Of a stretch of 64,000 bases of DNA, positions 50,945 through 60,326 are shown in pieces. Under the pieces are notes generated by a model. It was given only the letters and a program-made list of their open reading frames with translations, was not told the origin of the DNA and made no database searches. Source of the DNA: Thermoanaerobaculia bacterium (GTDB taxonomy: Bacteria > Acidobacteriota > Thermoanaerobaculia > Multivoradales > JAGPDF01); the NCBI GenBank assembly GCA_050186295.1, contig JBFWYP010000001.1, positions 70,069-134,068 of the forward strand, read 5' to 3'. Position 1 is the first letter of the stretch, and every line of letters starts with the position of its first letter. The position numbers were made by a program, and so were the translations under genes.

Positions 50945-51815
50945 GTCTCTCGCTCTCCTTCGCTCGCTGCGCCCTGCGCAGTGGGTGAAGAACCTCTTCG
51001 TCCTCGTCCCGCTGGTCTTCGCTCACCGGGCCGACGACCCCACGGTGGTGCGTCGCGCGGTCGTCGCCCTGCTCTGTTTCTGCGCCGCGTCGAGCGCCAT
51101 CTACCTCGTCAACGACCTCAGGGACCGCGACAGCGACCGCCATCATCCGCTGAAACGGCTGCGCCCGATCGCCTCCGGGCTGCTCTCCCCCGCCGTCGCG
51201 GCGGCCGCCGCCGCCGTGCTGCTGGCCGGCGCCTTCCTGGCCGCCCGGGGAGCGGGAAACCGCTTCCTGTTCGCGCTCGCTGCCTACGTCGTCCTCAACG
51301 TACTCTACTCGCTCGCCCTCAAGCGGATGGTGATCCTCGACGTCATGTCGATCGCCGCCGGCTTCGTCCTCCGGGTGCTCGCCGGCGCCGTCGCGATCGA
51401 CGTCGACGTCTCGAACAGGCACCAGCTCTGCACGACGTTCGTCGCGCTCTTCCTCGGCGTCTCCAAGCGCCGCCACGAGATCGCCGCGCTGCCGCCCGGG
51501 ACCCTCGGGACCCGCGCCGTGCTCGAGCAGTACAGCCTCACCTTCCTCGATCAGCTGATCAACGTCGTCACCGCGTCCACGGTTGTCGCCTACTCTCTCT
51601 ACACCGTCGATCCGGCGACCGCGGCGAGGCTGGGCACGCCTCACCTGGTCTGGACCGTCCCGCTGGTGCTGTTCGGGATCTTCCGCTTCCTCTTCCTGCT
51701 CTATCGCTCCGACGACGCCCGCAGCCCGACCGACGCGATCCTTCGGGATCCGCCCTTCCTCGCCAACCTCGCGCTCTGGGGAGTCGTGGTGCTCTCCTTG
51801 ATCTATGGCACCTGA
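50943..51815 (+). CDS. UbiA-family prenyltransferase resembling decaprenyl-phosphate phosphoribosyltransferase (DPPR synthase)
   Basis: I trimmed the track ORF from 50736 to the ATG at 50943. The LRPAQWVKNLFVLVPLVFA N-terminus and the first Asp-rich motif NDLRDRDSDRHHPLKRLRPIASG resemble the DPPR-synthase subfamily; 8-9 TM helices. Confidence 0.85.
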   Translation: MSLALLRSLRPAQWVKNLFVLVPLVFAHRADDPTVVRRAVVALLCFCAASSAIYLVNDLRDRDSDRHHPLKRLRPIASGLLSPAVAAAAAAVLLAGAFLAARGAGNRFLFALAAYVVLNVLYSLALKRMVILDVMSIAAGFVLRVLAGAVAIDVDVSNRHQLCTTFVALFLGVSKRRHEIAALPPGTLGTRAVLEQYSLTFLDQLINVVTASTVVAYSLYTVDPATAARLGTPHLVWTVPLVLFGIFRFLFLLYRSDDARSPTDAILRDPPFLANLALWGVVVLSLIYGT

Positions 51816-54303
51816 CCGCCGCCTGCGATACGCCTTTGCGGGTCTCTTCTTCGCCTCCGGCGCCGCCGGGCTCGTCGATCAGGTGGTCTGGCTGCGCTAT
51901 CTCGCGCTCGTCTTCGGCAACACGACCCTCGCCACGGCGACGATCCTCGCCGTCTTCCTGGGCGGTCTCGGCCTGGGCTCCTGGCTCTTCTCGCGTCACG
52001 CCGAGGCGCTCGCGGAGAGCGGCAGGGCGGTCGCCGTCTACGCGCTCCTCGAGGCGGGCGTCGGTCTCTTCGCGATCTTCTCGCCGCGACTCTTCGCCGC
52101 GATCGATTCGGTCTACATCGTGACCTACCGCTCGGTCGGCGACGAGCCGCTCCTCTTCGCGCTGCTCCGCGCGGCCCTCGCGGCGCTCGTTCTCCTCCCG
52201 CCGACGCTGCTCATGGGGGGCACGCTCCCCGTGCTGCTCGGCGCCCTCTCGCGCCGTCCGGAGGGCGAAACCGCGGGTCACCGGGAAGGGCGTGACACCG
52301 CGCTCCTCTACGGCGCCAACACCCTCGGCGCGATGGCCGGCGTCGGAGCCGCCGGCTTCTTCACCATCCGGCTGTTCGGCCTCGAAGCGAGCCTCCTCCT
52401 TTCGGCGGCGCTCAATCTCGCCGTCGCCCTGGTCGCGATCCTGCTGCAGCCGCCGAAGCGCCGCGCCCCGCCGTCAACGTCGTCGCCGGCAGCCGATCCG
52501 GCGCGATACCTGCTCCTCGCCGCGCTCTTCATGGGCGCGACCAGCATCGCCTGCGAGGTGCTCTGGACCCGGGTCCTCGTCTTCTACCTCGGGTCGAGCG
52601 TCTACGCCTTCAGCCTGATGCTGCTGCTCTTCCTCGCCGGCATCGCCATCGGCAGTCTCGCCGCCGCGCGCGTCGTCGACCGGGTGGAGCGCCCGGTGGT
52701 CCTGCTCTTCCGCCTCGAGCTGCTCCTCGCGCTGCTCACTCCGGTCTCGATCTGGCTCTTCGCGACCCTCGACGACCGGCTCATCGCGCTCTCCGAGGCG
52801 CTCGAGCCGCGCCGCTTCGGTGTCGCCGTGGTGGCGGAGCTCCTGGCGATCGCTCCCATCCTCCTGCCGCCGACCCTGCTGATGGGTTTCCGCTTCCCCG
52901 TCGCAGCCCGCGCCTACTCTCGACGGATCGGGACACTCGGCGCCGACGTCGGAAGGCTGTACGGAGCCAACACGGCAGGGTCGATCGTCGGCGCGCTGGG
53001 AGCCGGCTTCCTCCTGATCCCGCTCCTCGGCAGCCAGAACTCCCTCCTCGCAGTCGGCACGGCCAACGCCCTCGTTGCCGTCTGGCTGGCCCGCCGCGCG
53101 ACGCGCGACGCCCCCCTCCTCCCGGGGGACCGTCGTCTCGCGATCGCGGCCTGGCTCGTCGTGCCGGCACTCGTCCTGACGGGATCGCTTCTGCCGCCGG
53201 ATCGCGTGATCCTCGCTTCGGGCCTCTTCGCGAGCGACCGTCCGGGCGATCTTCTCTACTTCCAAGAGGACGCCAATGCGGCGGTCGCCGTGCGCAACAA
53301 ACACGACCCCGACGGCGACTACGTCTCGCTCGAGCTCAACGGCGTCAACGTCGCCGGGACCAGTCCGGACCTCTACGCCGTGCAGAAGCTGCAGGGGCAT
53401 CTGCCGCTCCTCCTTGGGAACCACGACGACGCCCGTGTCGTCCATATCGGATTCGGTAGCGGCGGCACGGCGCACGCGGTATCGCGCCACCCGGTGAGCG
53501 AGATCCGGATCGTCGAGATCAGTCCGGCGGTCCTGGCGGCTTCTGACCGCTACTTCGCCGGAATCAATCACGGCGTTCTCGCCGACCCGCGCGTGAAGGT
53601 CGAGATCAACGACGGACGCAACTTCCTGCTCGCGACACCGCTGGTCTTCGACGCGGTGCTGTCCGACTCGATCCATCCGCGCTACGCCGGCAACGGTTCT
53701 CTCTACAGCAAGGAGTACTTCGAGCTGGTGGCGAAACGTCTCGCTCCGGGCGGCGTCGTCTCGATGTGGCTGCCGATGTACTCTCTCACCACGTCGAACT
53801 ACGCGATGATCGTCCGCGCCTTCAGGGACGTCTTCCCCCACACCGTGATCTGGTACGAGCCGTCGGCGCTCAACTCGTTCACCGTCGTCACCGGGCGACG
53901 CTCCGGCGGACCCTGGGACGAGGCCGAGCTGGCGCGGAACTTCCGCGATCCGGCAGTCCTCGAAGCGCTCGCCGACATCGGCATGAGAACGCCGGCCGAC
54001 GTTCTCGCCTGCTACATCGTCTCCGGTCTCGAGCTCGACGCCTTCCTCGGTGGCGCGCCGCCGCACGTCGACGACCTGCCGGCCGTCGAGTACGAAAGCG
54101 GCACCCTGCTCGGCGCCAACTGGACCTGGCTCGAGACCTTCTCGCGGCTCCTCGCCAGCCGCCCGGTGGAAGTTCCCGACACGGTGCTCGAGGCGGTACC
54201 CGAAGACGAGCGCGAAGCGCTTCGGTCGGCGTGGACCGCGCGAGGACAGCACCTCGAGGGTCAACGGCAGTTCCTCGCCGCGAACGTCACCCGCTGGCAC
54301 TGA
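51805..54303 (+). CDS. Fused MFS-like membrane domain / spermidine-synthase-like (polyamine aminopropyltransferase fold) protein
   Basis: 832 aa with a roughly 450 aa, 12-TM N-terminus. The C-terminal class-I MTase/spermidine synthase fold carries VVHIGFGSGGTAH, EIRIVEISPAV, VEINDGRNF and FDAVLSDSIHP. Confidence 0.85.
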   Translation: MAPDRRLRYAFAGLFFASGAAGLVDQVVWLRYLALVFGNTTLATATILAVFLGGLGLGSWLFSRHAEALAESGRAVAVYALLEAGVGLFAIFSPRLFAAIDSVYIVTYRSVGDEPLLFALLRAALAALVLLPPTLLMGGTLPVLLGALSRRPEGETAGHREGRDTALLYGANTLGAMAGVGAAGFFTIRLFGLEASLLLSAALNLAVALVAILLQPPKRRAPPSTSSPAADPARYLLLAALFMGATSIACEVLWTRVLVFYLGSSVYAFSLMLLLFLAGIAIGSLAAARVVDRVERPVVLLFRLELLLALLTPVSIWLFATLDDRLIALSEALEPRRFGVAVVAELLAIAPILLPPTLLMGFRFPVAARAYSRRIGTLGADVGRLYGANTAGSIVGALGAGFLLIPLLGSQNSLLAVGTANALVAVWLARRATRDAPLLPGDRRLAIAAWLVVPALVLTGSLLPPDRVILASGLFASDRPGDLLYFQEDANAAVAVRNKHDPDGDYVSLELNGVNVAGTSPDLYAVQKLQGHLPLLLGNHDDARVVHIGFGSGGTAHAVSRHPVSEIRIVEISPAVLAASDRYFAGINHGVLADPRVKVEINDGRNFLLATPLVFDAVLSDSIHPRYAGNGSLYSKEYFELVAKRLAPGGVVSMWLPMYSLTTSNYAMIVRAFRDVFPHTVIWYEPSALNSFTVVTGRRSGGPWDEAELARNFRDPAVLEALADIGMRTPADVLACYIVSGLELDAFLGGAPPHVDDLPAVEYESGTLLGANWTWLETFSRLLASRPVEVPDTVLEAVPEDEREALRSAWTARGQHLEGQRQFLAANVTRWH

Positions 54304-54306
54304 GAG

Positions 54307-55296
54307 ATGGCTGAACCTCTCGAGGATGCGGACCCGGGCTCCCTTCCGGGAGGCTGGACGCGGCGACTCCGTCCGCACGAGTGGCTCACCCTCCTCTTCG
54401 CCGGACTCACCGCCGTCCTGTTCGCCTGGCGCGGGGAGCCGTTCACGGTCGGGCCGCTCCTGCGCGGTTACGGAAAGTTCGTCGGTGCGATCTCGCTGCT
54501 CCTCGTGCCGGCCTGGTACGTCGGCGAGCTCCGGCGCCGGCGGCTGGGGGAAGCCAGCCCGTCGTTCGCCGTGCAGCTCGCGGACTACCTGCGCTCGCTC
54601 GCGGTGCTCGTCCTCGCGCTGGTGGCCTACACCAACCTGAAGTGCCGCCTGCTCCTCCTCCACCCCCGGCTCTTCGACCGCGTCCTGGCGCGCCTCGACG
54701 CCATCCTGCACGCCGCGGGGGGCGACCTGGCCGGCTGGATCGCCTCGTTCCACTCGCCGGCGCGGACCGTCCCGTTCCATCACGTCTACTTCCTCGCCTG
54801 GGCGGCGTTCGCGCTGCCGCTCGCCGTCGCGGCCGCGGTCCGCGGAGCGGCGACCGTTCGCCGCGCTCTCACCGCGCTCACGATCCTCTACATCGCCGGC
54901 GTGCTGCTCTACCTCGCGGTCCCGTCACTTGGTCCGGCGCTGGTCGACCGCGCGGCGTTCCGCGCCCTCGACGGCACCGAGATGTTCACGCTGCAGACCG
55001 AGATGCTGGCGGCCCTCCGTTACACGGTCGAACACCCGCACGCTCCGGCGGTCCCGTTCTTCGGCCTCGCCGCCTTCCCGAGCCTCCACGTCGCTACCAG
55101 CTTCCTCGGCATCCTGGTCGCCTGGCGCACCTGGCGCCCGCTGCTCGTCCTGCTCGTCCCCTGGAATCTCGCCATCGCCGCCAGCGCGGTCTACTTCGGC
55201 TGGCACTACATCCTCGACTTCTATCCCGCGATCGGGCTGGCGTGGGGGTGCTGGTGGGTGGCCGGATCGCGGAGATTCGCCACCCCGGGCCCGTAG
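54307..55296 (+). CDS. PAP2-superfamily membrane phosphatase
   Basis: Polytopic membrane protein with PAP2-like motifs PSLH and WHYILD in the C-terminal helices; 3 nt after the upstream stop. Confidence 0.7.
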   Translation: MAEPLEDADPGSLPGGWTRRLRPHEWLTLLFAGLTAVLFAWRGEPFTVGPLLRGYGKFVGAISLLLVPAWYVGELRRRRLGEASPSFAVQLADYLRSLAVLVLALVAYTNLKCRLLLLHPRLFDRVLARLDAILHAAGGDLAGWIASFHSPARTVPFHHVYFLAWAAFALPLAVAAAVRGAATVRRALTALTILYIAGVLLYLAVPSLGPALVDRAAFRALDGTEMFTLQTEMLAALRYTVEHPHAPAVPFFGLAAFPSLHVATSFLGILVAWRTWRPLLVLLVPWNLAIAASAVYFGWHYILDFYPAIGLAWGCWWVAGSRRFATPGP

Positions 55297-55313
55297 CTAT
55301 ACTGCGACTCCCC

Positions 55314-57101
55314 GTGAAGAGCAGCCCCGGAACCACCGAATCGCAAGACCCTCCACCGGGCCGGCGAGCGACGATCGTCGCAGGAGCCGCGGCGGTCATC
55401 CTGTTCGGCGCTTCGATCCTGTTCCTTCACGTCCTCGCAGTCACCACCGAAAGCATCAACTGGGACGAGTTCGCGCTCTTCGCTCGCGCCGTCGATTCGG
55501 TCCAGGGAGGCAAACTGATCACCGGGGGCCGCCCCGGGCTCGGCGTCGTCTCGCTCATTCCGATCGCAGTCCCTTGCGAGAGCGAGGTCGCCACGGTGCA
55601 GCTGGGCAGATTCCTCTGGATCGGATGGACCCTGCTCGCCGGGCTTGCCCTCTGGTTGCTGGTTCGTCGCTGCCTAACCGGAGCGAAGGAGGCGCCGTGG
55701 GCGGCCGCGCTCGCGGTCGGGCTCTGGTTCCTCGTGCCCGTGGTCGAGAGATGGTCGCTCCATGTGCGCACCGATCAGCCCGCACTCGCTCTGGCTCTCC
55801 TGGGGACGCTCGGACTTCTCGACCGCCGCGGTCGACTCTTCACCGGAATCCTCTCGGGCGCGCTGTTCGGGCTGGGTTATCTCTTCTCCCAGAAGGCCGT
55901 GTACGTCGCCGCTCTGGGCATGCTGCTCTGGATGTTCGATCGATTTCCCGGCCTGCGCGGACTCCTGGCCAGCGAATGGAAGAGGCTCGTCGGCATCGGC
56001 GCCGGCGGCCTGGCGGTCCTGGCGGCATTTCGCATCGCCACCTCCCTCGCATTCGAGATCCCGGACGCGCTCACGATCGACCGCGCGCTGCGATTCCGTG
56101 CCGACTACTCGGACATGTCGGCATCGGCGCTGATCGGCGCAGGAGCGACCCTCGTTCCCCACCTCGTCCTCGTCCTGCTCATGCTCCTCGCGACTCACCG
56201 TCTCTGGGGCAGCGGTTCGCCCGAACAGACGCTGCTCCTGCGCTCCTGGGCCGTTCTCGCCCTCGGAGGAGCCGTTCTGCTCTTCCACACCAGCCGATTC
56301 GTCTATTTCTGGATCACTCTCGGCATCTTCCCCGCGGTCGCTCTGGCGCTCGCGCTGCCGGTGATCCGGCATGCCTTGCCGCCCGGCCTCGTACGCATCA
56401 CGCTGGCGACGACCATCCTCCTTCTCGCGATTCCGGGAATCTCCGCGGCGCGGTCGATGCTCCTCGATTCACAGCGGTTTCAGCGCGAGAGTCTGGAGTT
56501 CGTGGATCGCAACTTCTCCGACTCCGAAGCGGGATTTCAGCCCGAACGGGCGCTGTTCTGTCGCGACTCCGACGATCCCTTCCCCACCTACTTCACCCTG
56601 CGAATCGGCCGCGACTTTCGACCTGCGGCCCGGGGGAAGGCGGAAGAGTTCCTGCGCAAGTTCCGCGAGCGCCCCGTCTACTACATCGTCGATTCGCATC
56701 GGCTGTCGCTGTTTCCACCCGCGATCTGGGATTTCTGGAGAGCCCACTACGTGCCCTACTACTCTGCGGTCGCCATTCCGGGATTCACCGTGGACGGAGC
56801 CGGTCCGTCACCGCAGACCGGAGAGATCATCATTCCGGGCGACTACCGCTGGATCCCGCTCGCCTCGTCCTCGGGCGCCGCGCTACGCCTCGACGGAGTC
56901 GACCTGCCGGCCAGAGAGGCAAGGCACCTCGAGGCGGGAGCGCACAGCGTGGAAACGGGGTCCGGAGTCAGCGGCGTGGTCGCCTGGGCGCTCGCCGAGG
57001 AGCCCCATGATCCCCAACGGTCCTTCTACGGTCTCGCGATGCTGAATGAGTTCACCTACGGCAACGCTCGCGGCGCCACACGACGAAGGAAGGTGGACTG
57101 A
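55314..57101 (+). CDS. GT-C family membrane glycosyltransferase (ArnT/PMT_2-like), putative polyprenyl-phosphate-sugar dependent
   Basis: I trimmed the track ORF from 54381 to the GTG at 55314 (MKSSPG...). The first TM is followed by a loop with NWDEFALFARA (the DE motif of GT-C enzymes), about 11 TM helices, and a C-terminal soluble domain. Confidence 0.65.
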   Translation: MKSSPGTTESQDPPPGRRATIVAGAAAVILFGASILFLHVLAVTTESINWDEFALFARAVDSVQGGKLITGGRPGLGVVSLIPIAVPCESEVATVQLGRFLWIGWTLLAGLALWLLVRRCLTGAKEAPWAAALAVGLWFLVPVVERWSLHVRTDQPALALALLGTLGLLDRRGRLFTGILSGALFGLGYLFSQKAVYVAALGMLLWMFDRFPGLRGLLASEWKRLVGIGAGGLAVLAAFRIATSLAFEIPDALTIDRALRFRADYSDMSASALIGAGATLVPHLVLVLLMLLATHRLWGSGSPEQTLLLRSWAVLALGGAVLLFHTSRFVYFWITLGIFPAVALALALPVIRHALPPGLVRITLATTILLLAIPGISAARSMLLDSQRFQRESLEFVDRNFSDSEAGFQPERALFCRDSDDPFPTYFTLRIGRDFRPAARGKAEEFLRKFRERPVYYIVDSHRLSLFPPAIWDFWRAHYVPYYSAVAIPGFTVDGAGPSPQTGEIIIPGDYRWIPLASSSGAALRLDGVDLPAREARHLEAGAHSVETGSGVSGVVAWALAEEPHDPQRSFYGLAMLNEFTYGNARGATRRRKVD

Positions 57102-57161
57102 CGTGTCCCCGACAACCTCGCAACTCTTCACGGCCGATCGACATACCCGCCCGGGGACATC

Positions 57162-58337
57162 GTGAAGAAGCTGCGCACGAAGTCCGACCTCGCGATCCAC
57201 GGGGCCCCGCCCGCATTCGAGTCTCCGCTCCACGTAGGCCGTCCGAACATCGGGGATCGCAACCGGTTCCTGGAGCTGGCAAGCGAAGTCCTCGATCGGG
57301 CGTGGCTCACGAACAACGGCCCCCTCGTGCAGGAACTGGAAGCACGACTGGCGCGAGTTCTCGAGGTTCGGCACTGCATCGCCATGTGCAACGGAACCGT
57401 CGCGCTCGAAACGGCGATCCGTGCGACCGGCCTCCGTGGCGAGGTCATCGTTCCTTCGTACACGTTCATCGCGACCGCACACGCGCTCCACTGGCACGGC
57501 CTCACCCCGGTCTTCGCGGACATCGACCTCCACACGCACTCGCTCGATCCCGAGTCGGTTCGATCGAAGATCACTGCCCGCACCAGCGCGATCCTCGGAG
57601 TCCACCTCTGGGGCCGACCGGCTGCGCACGCCGAGCTCGAACGGATCGCTTCCGAGCACGGCCTCGCGCTCCTCTACGACGCCGCCCACGCCTTCGGCTC
57701 GACGCTGGATTCTCGCCCGGTCGGTCGCCTCGGACGATGCGAGGTGTTCAGTTTCCACGCAACGAAGTACTTCAGTTGCGGCGAGGGCGGTGCCGTCACC
57801 ACGAACGACGATCAGCTGGCGGAGAAGATCCGACTGATGAGGAACTTCGGCTTCGCGGGATTCGACAACGTCGTTCACCCCGGAACGAACGCCAAGATGC
57901 CCGAGATGTCCGCGGCTCTCGGCCTCTCGAACCTCGACAGCCTGGACCGGATACTCGATTGGAACCGACGAAACTTCGAGCTCTACGCCGAAGCGCTCTC
58001 CGGCCTTCCCGGCATCTCCCTTTTCGAGCCGCCTCCGTCCGAGCGCTCCAACTATCAGTACGTCGTCGTCGAAACGCACGAGGACTGCACGGCTTCGCGG
58101 GACGAGCTCCTCGCCACTCTCCACGCCGAGAACGTGTTGGCGAGGAGGTACTTCTGGCCCGGGTGTCACCGCATGCTTCCCTACCGCGAGAGCGACCCCG
58201 GCGCAGCCGAGCACCTTTCCCGCACGGAGGTCGTCGCCGGACGCGTCATCGTGCTCCCGACCGGACTCGCGATTTCGGAAGAGGAGATCCGGATCGTGGC
58301 GTCCATCCTCGAAATCGCGCTGTCCCGACGCCGGTGA
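57162..58337 (+). CDS. DegT/DnrJ/EryC1/StrS family sugar aminotransferase (PLP-dependent)
   Basis: 391 aa with the conserved SFHATKYFSCGEGG lysine region; GTG start at 57162. Confidence 0.9.
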   Translation: MKKLRTKSDLAIHGAPPAFESPLHVGRPNIGDRNRFLELASEVLDRAWLTNNGPLVQELEARLARVLEVRHCIAMCNGTVALETAIRATGLRGEVIVPSYTFIATAHALHWHGLTPVFADIDLHTHSLDPESVRSKITARTSAILGVHLWGRPAAHAELERIASEHGLALLYDAAHAFGSTLDSRPVGRLGRCEVFSFHATKYFSCGEGGAVTTNDDQLAEKIRLMRNFGFAGFDNVVHPGTNAKMPEMSAALGLSNLDSLDRILDWNRRNFELYAEALSGLPGISLFEPPPSERSNYQYVVVETHEDCTASRDELLATLHAENVLARRYFWPGCHRMLPYRESDPGAAEHLSRTEVVAGRVIVLPTGLAISEEEIRIVASILEIALSRRR

Positions 58338-59473
58338 GCCTTCGCCCACGCGGCCTTCTCATCTTCGGCGGGTCGAACAACCGAGCCGTCGTCGCGCTCT
58401 CTCGAGCCCTCACCGCGCTCTCGCTTCCTTTCCACATCATCGCCAGGAACGGCGCTGACCCCGTGCTCAGGACACGGTTCTCGCGCCACGTCTCGTCGAT
58501 CCGCACCTCCGAGGAGCTCGATCTCGATCGGTTCGCAGGCTGGATCTCCGATGCGACTTCCCGGTCGCCGGGAGTCGACTGGACGATCGCTCCCACTTCC
58601 GAGTTCGTGAACCTCTGGATGCTCCGCGAGCGCGACGGCATCGAATCCCTCGGCGCCCGCGTCCCTCTCGTCGAGGCACCGCTCTACGACTCGTTGACGA
58701 ACAAATGGAGCGCGTCGCAGCTGTTCGGGAGCCGCGGGATCCGAGTTCCCGCACTCAGAACCGGCTTCCTCTCCGAGGCATTGCCGCTCGTCGCCAAGCC
58801 TCACAGGAATCTGGGAGCCGCAGGCCGCATGCTCTATCCGTGGATCATCCGCAGCAGGCATCAACTCGACGTGTTCCTGGAGTCCGAGAACCCAGACGAC
58901 TATTTTCCCCAGGAGCTCGTGCGGGGCGACAGCTTCTACCTCCTGCTCCACTTGGCTCGCAATGGCAGGGTGACGGCATCGAGCCAGCGAAACATCGCCC
59001 AACAGGCGGGGGGTCGATCGATCGTGCTCGCCGAGACCTCGGACTTCCACTGTCAGCCGGTCGCGGACCGGGCAATCACCGTGCTCCGGGATGCGGGCTT
59101 TCGCGGGCTTGCGATGATCGAGTTTCTCGTCGACCGATCGGACGCCTGTTTCATCGAGATCAACCCGCGGGCCTGGGGGCCACTCCAACTCTGCCTGGAT
59201 CACGCCAGCGGTATAGTCGAATCGTTCCTCGGTGACGAATTGTTCGACGACGAGACGAAATTTCTCGAAACGGCCGACCGACGGCCCAAGCGTGCGGCCT
59301 ACTCGTGGATGGGGGGATGGTTCGACGAGTGGCGCGCGCGGAGGCCCGTGCATTGGTGCGGTGGTTTCCGCCCTCCACTCTCGCTTCGTCTGAGATTGCT
59401 GTCCGGTGACGTATACCTGCGTCGAGACACCTGGAGGCTCACCCTCTCGTCGGAGCAGTCTCGTGCCCGATGA
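58334..59473 (+). CDS. ATP-grasp domain protein (putative amide ligase)
   Basis: I trimmed the track ORF from 57302 to the GTG at 58334, which overlaps the degT stop as GTGA. ATP-grasp core with IEINPRAWGP; about 379 aa. Confidence 0.75.
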   Translation: MSLRPRGLLIFGGSNNRAVVALSRALTALSLPFHIIARNGADPVLRTRFSRHVSSIRTSEELDLDRFAGWISDATSRSPGVDWTIAPTSEFVNLWMLRERDGIESLGARVPLVEAPLYDSLTNKWSASQLFGSRGIRVPALRTGFLSEALPLVAKPHRNLGAAGRMLYPWIIRSRHQLDVFLESENPDDYFPQELVRGDSFYLLLHLARNGRVTASSQRNIAQQAGGRSIVLAETSDFHCQPVADRAITVLRDAGFRGLAMIEFLVDRSDACFIEINPRAWGPLQLCLDHASGIVESFLGDELFDDETKFLETADRRPKRAAYSWMGGWFDEWRARRPVHWCGGFRPPLSLRLRLLSGDVYLRRDTWRLTLSSEQSRAR

Positions 59474-60326
59474 TCCGACCGACGAGCTGAAGCAACTGCT
59501 CTCGTCGCTCTATGGGGACGCTTCGAAGCACTCCGGATATCAGACCATGCCGGATTTCGTGGCCGAACGTCTCGGCTTCCAGAGTGTGATCGATCAACGC
59601 TGGCGTGGCGACCGAGTTCGTCTCGACTACATCCGACGCGTCATCCGGGACGACCCGCAATCGTGGTGCGATTTCGGCGCAAACACCGGCTTCTTCTCGC
59701 TTTCGCTCGCGGAGGCAAGTCCGCGAACGGAAGTCCTCGCAGTCGAAGCGAATCCTCGACACGCGGAGCTGATCGAACGGGTCTCCGCAGCCTGTCGACT
59801 CCCGAACCTCCGCGTACTGTCGCGGTCGATCGGAATCCGGGAGCTCGACGAGCTCGGACGAGTGGACGTTCTCCTGCACATGAACGTCCTTCACCATGCA
59901 GGAGTCGACTTCGACACCGATGTGGTCGGCGGCCCTGGTGAATTCGCGGACTACGCCATCCACTACCTCACTCGCGTCGCTGCGATCTCCGACCGCCTCG
60001 TTTTCCAGGCGGGCGTCAACCTCGGAGGTGACAAGAGCCGTCCGATTCTCGACCGGGCCGACCACGCGACGCGAACGAGGTACTGGTCCGATCTGCTGAG
60101 GGCGGCCGGTTGGCGGGTCCTGGACTGCGCGCTCGCACGGAGCGAGTCGAACGGCTCGGTGGCGTACCTCAGCATGCCGGCGCGCCTTCTGGAGTTCCTC
60201 GGATCGCCGCGCGACGAACCGGGCGCCGTCATGGACGAATGGTTCGCCGGCCTCGGTCTCGACCGCCACCCGGGCGAGTTTTTTCTGCGGCCGATCTTCT
60301 ACTGCGCCGCCGGGAGGGGTCGCTAG
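59406..60326 (+). CDS. FkbM-family SAM-dependent methyltransferase
   Basis: DFGANTGFFSLSLAE matches the FkbM family motif D-x-GAN-x-G. The start may be the later ATG at 59547; I cannot resolve the 68 nt overlap with the ATP-grasp ORF. Confidence 0.65.
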   Translation: MTYTCVETPGGSPSRRSSLVPDDPTDELKQLLSSLYGDASKHSGYQTMPDFVAERLGFQSVIDQRWRGDRVRLDYIRRVIRDDPQSWCDFGANTGFFSLSLAEASPRTEVLAVEANPRHAELIERVSAACRLPNLRVLSRSIGIRELDELGRVDVLLHMNVLHHAGVDFDTDVVGGPGEFADYAIHYLTRVAAISDRLVFQAGVNLGGDKSRPILDRADHATRTRYWSDLLRAAGWRVLDCALARSESNGSVAYLSMPARLLEFLGSPRDEPGAVMDEWFAGLGLDRHPGEFFLRPIFYCAAGRGR

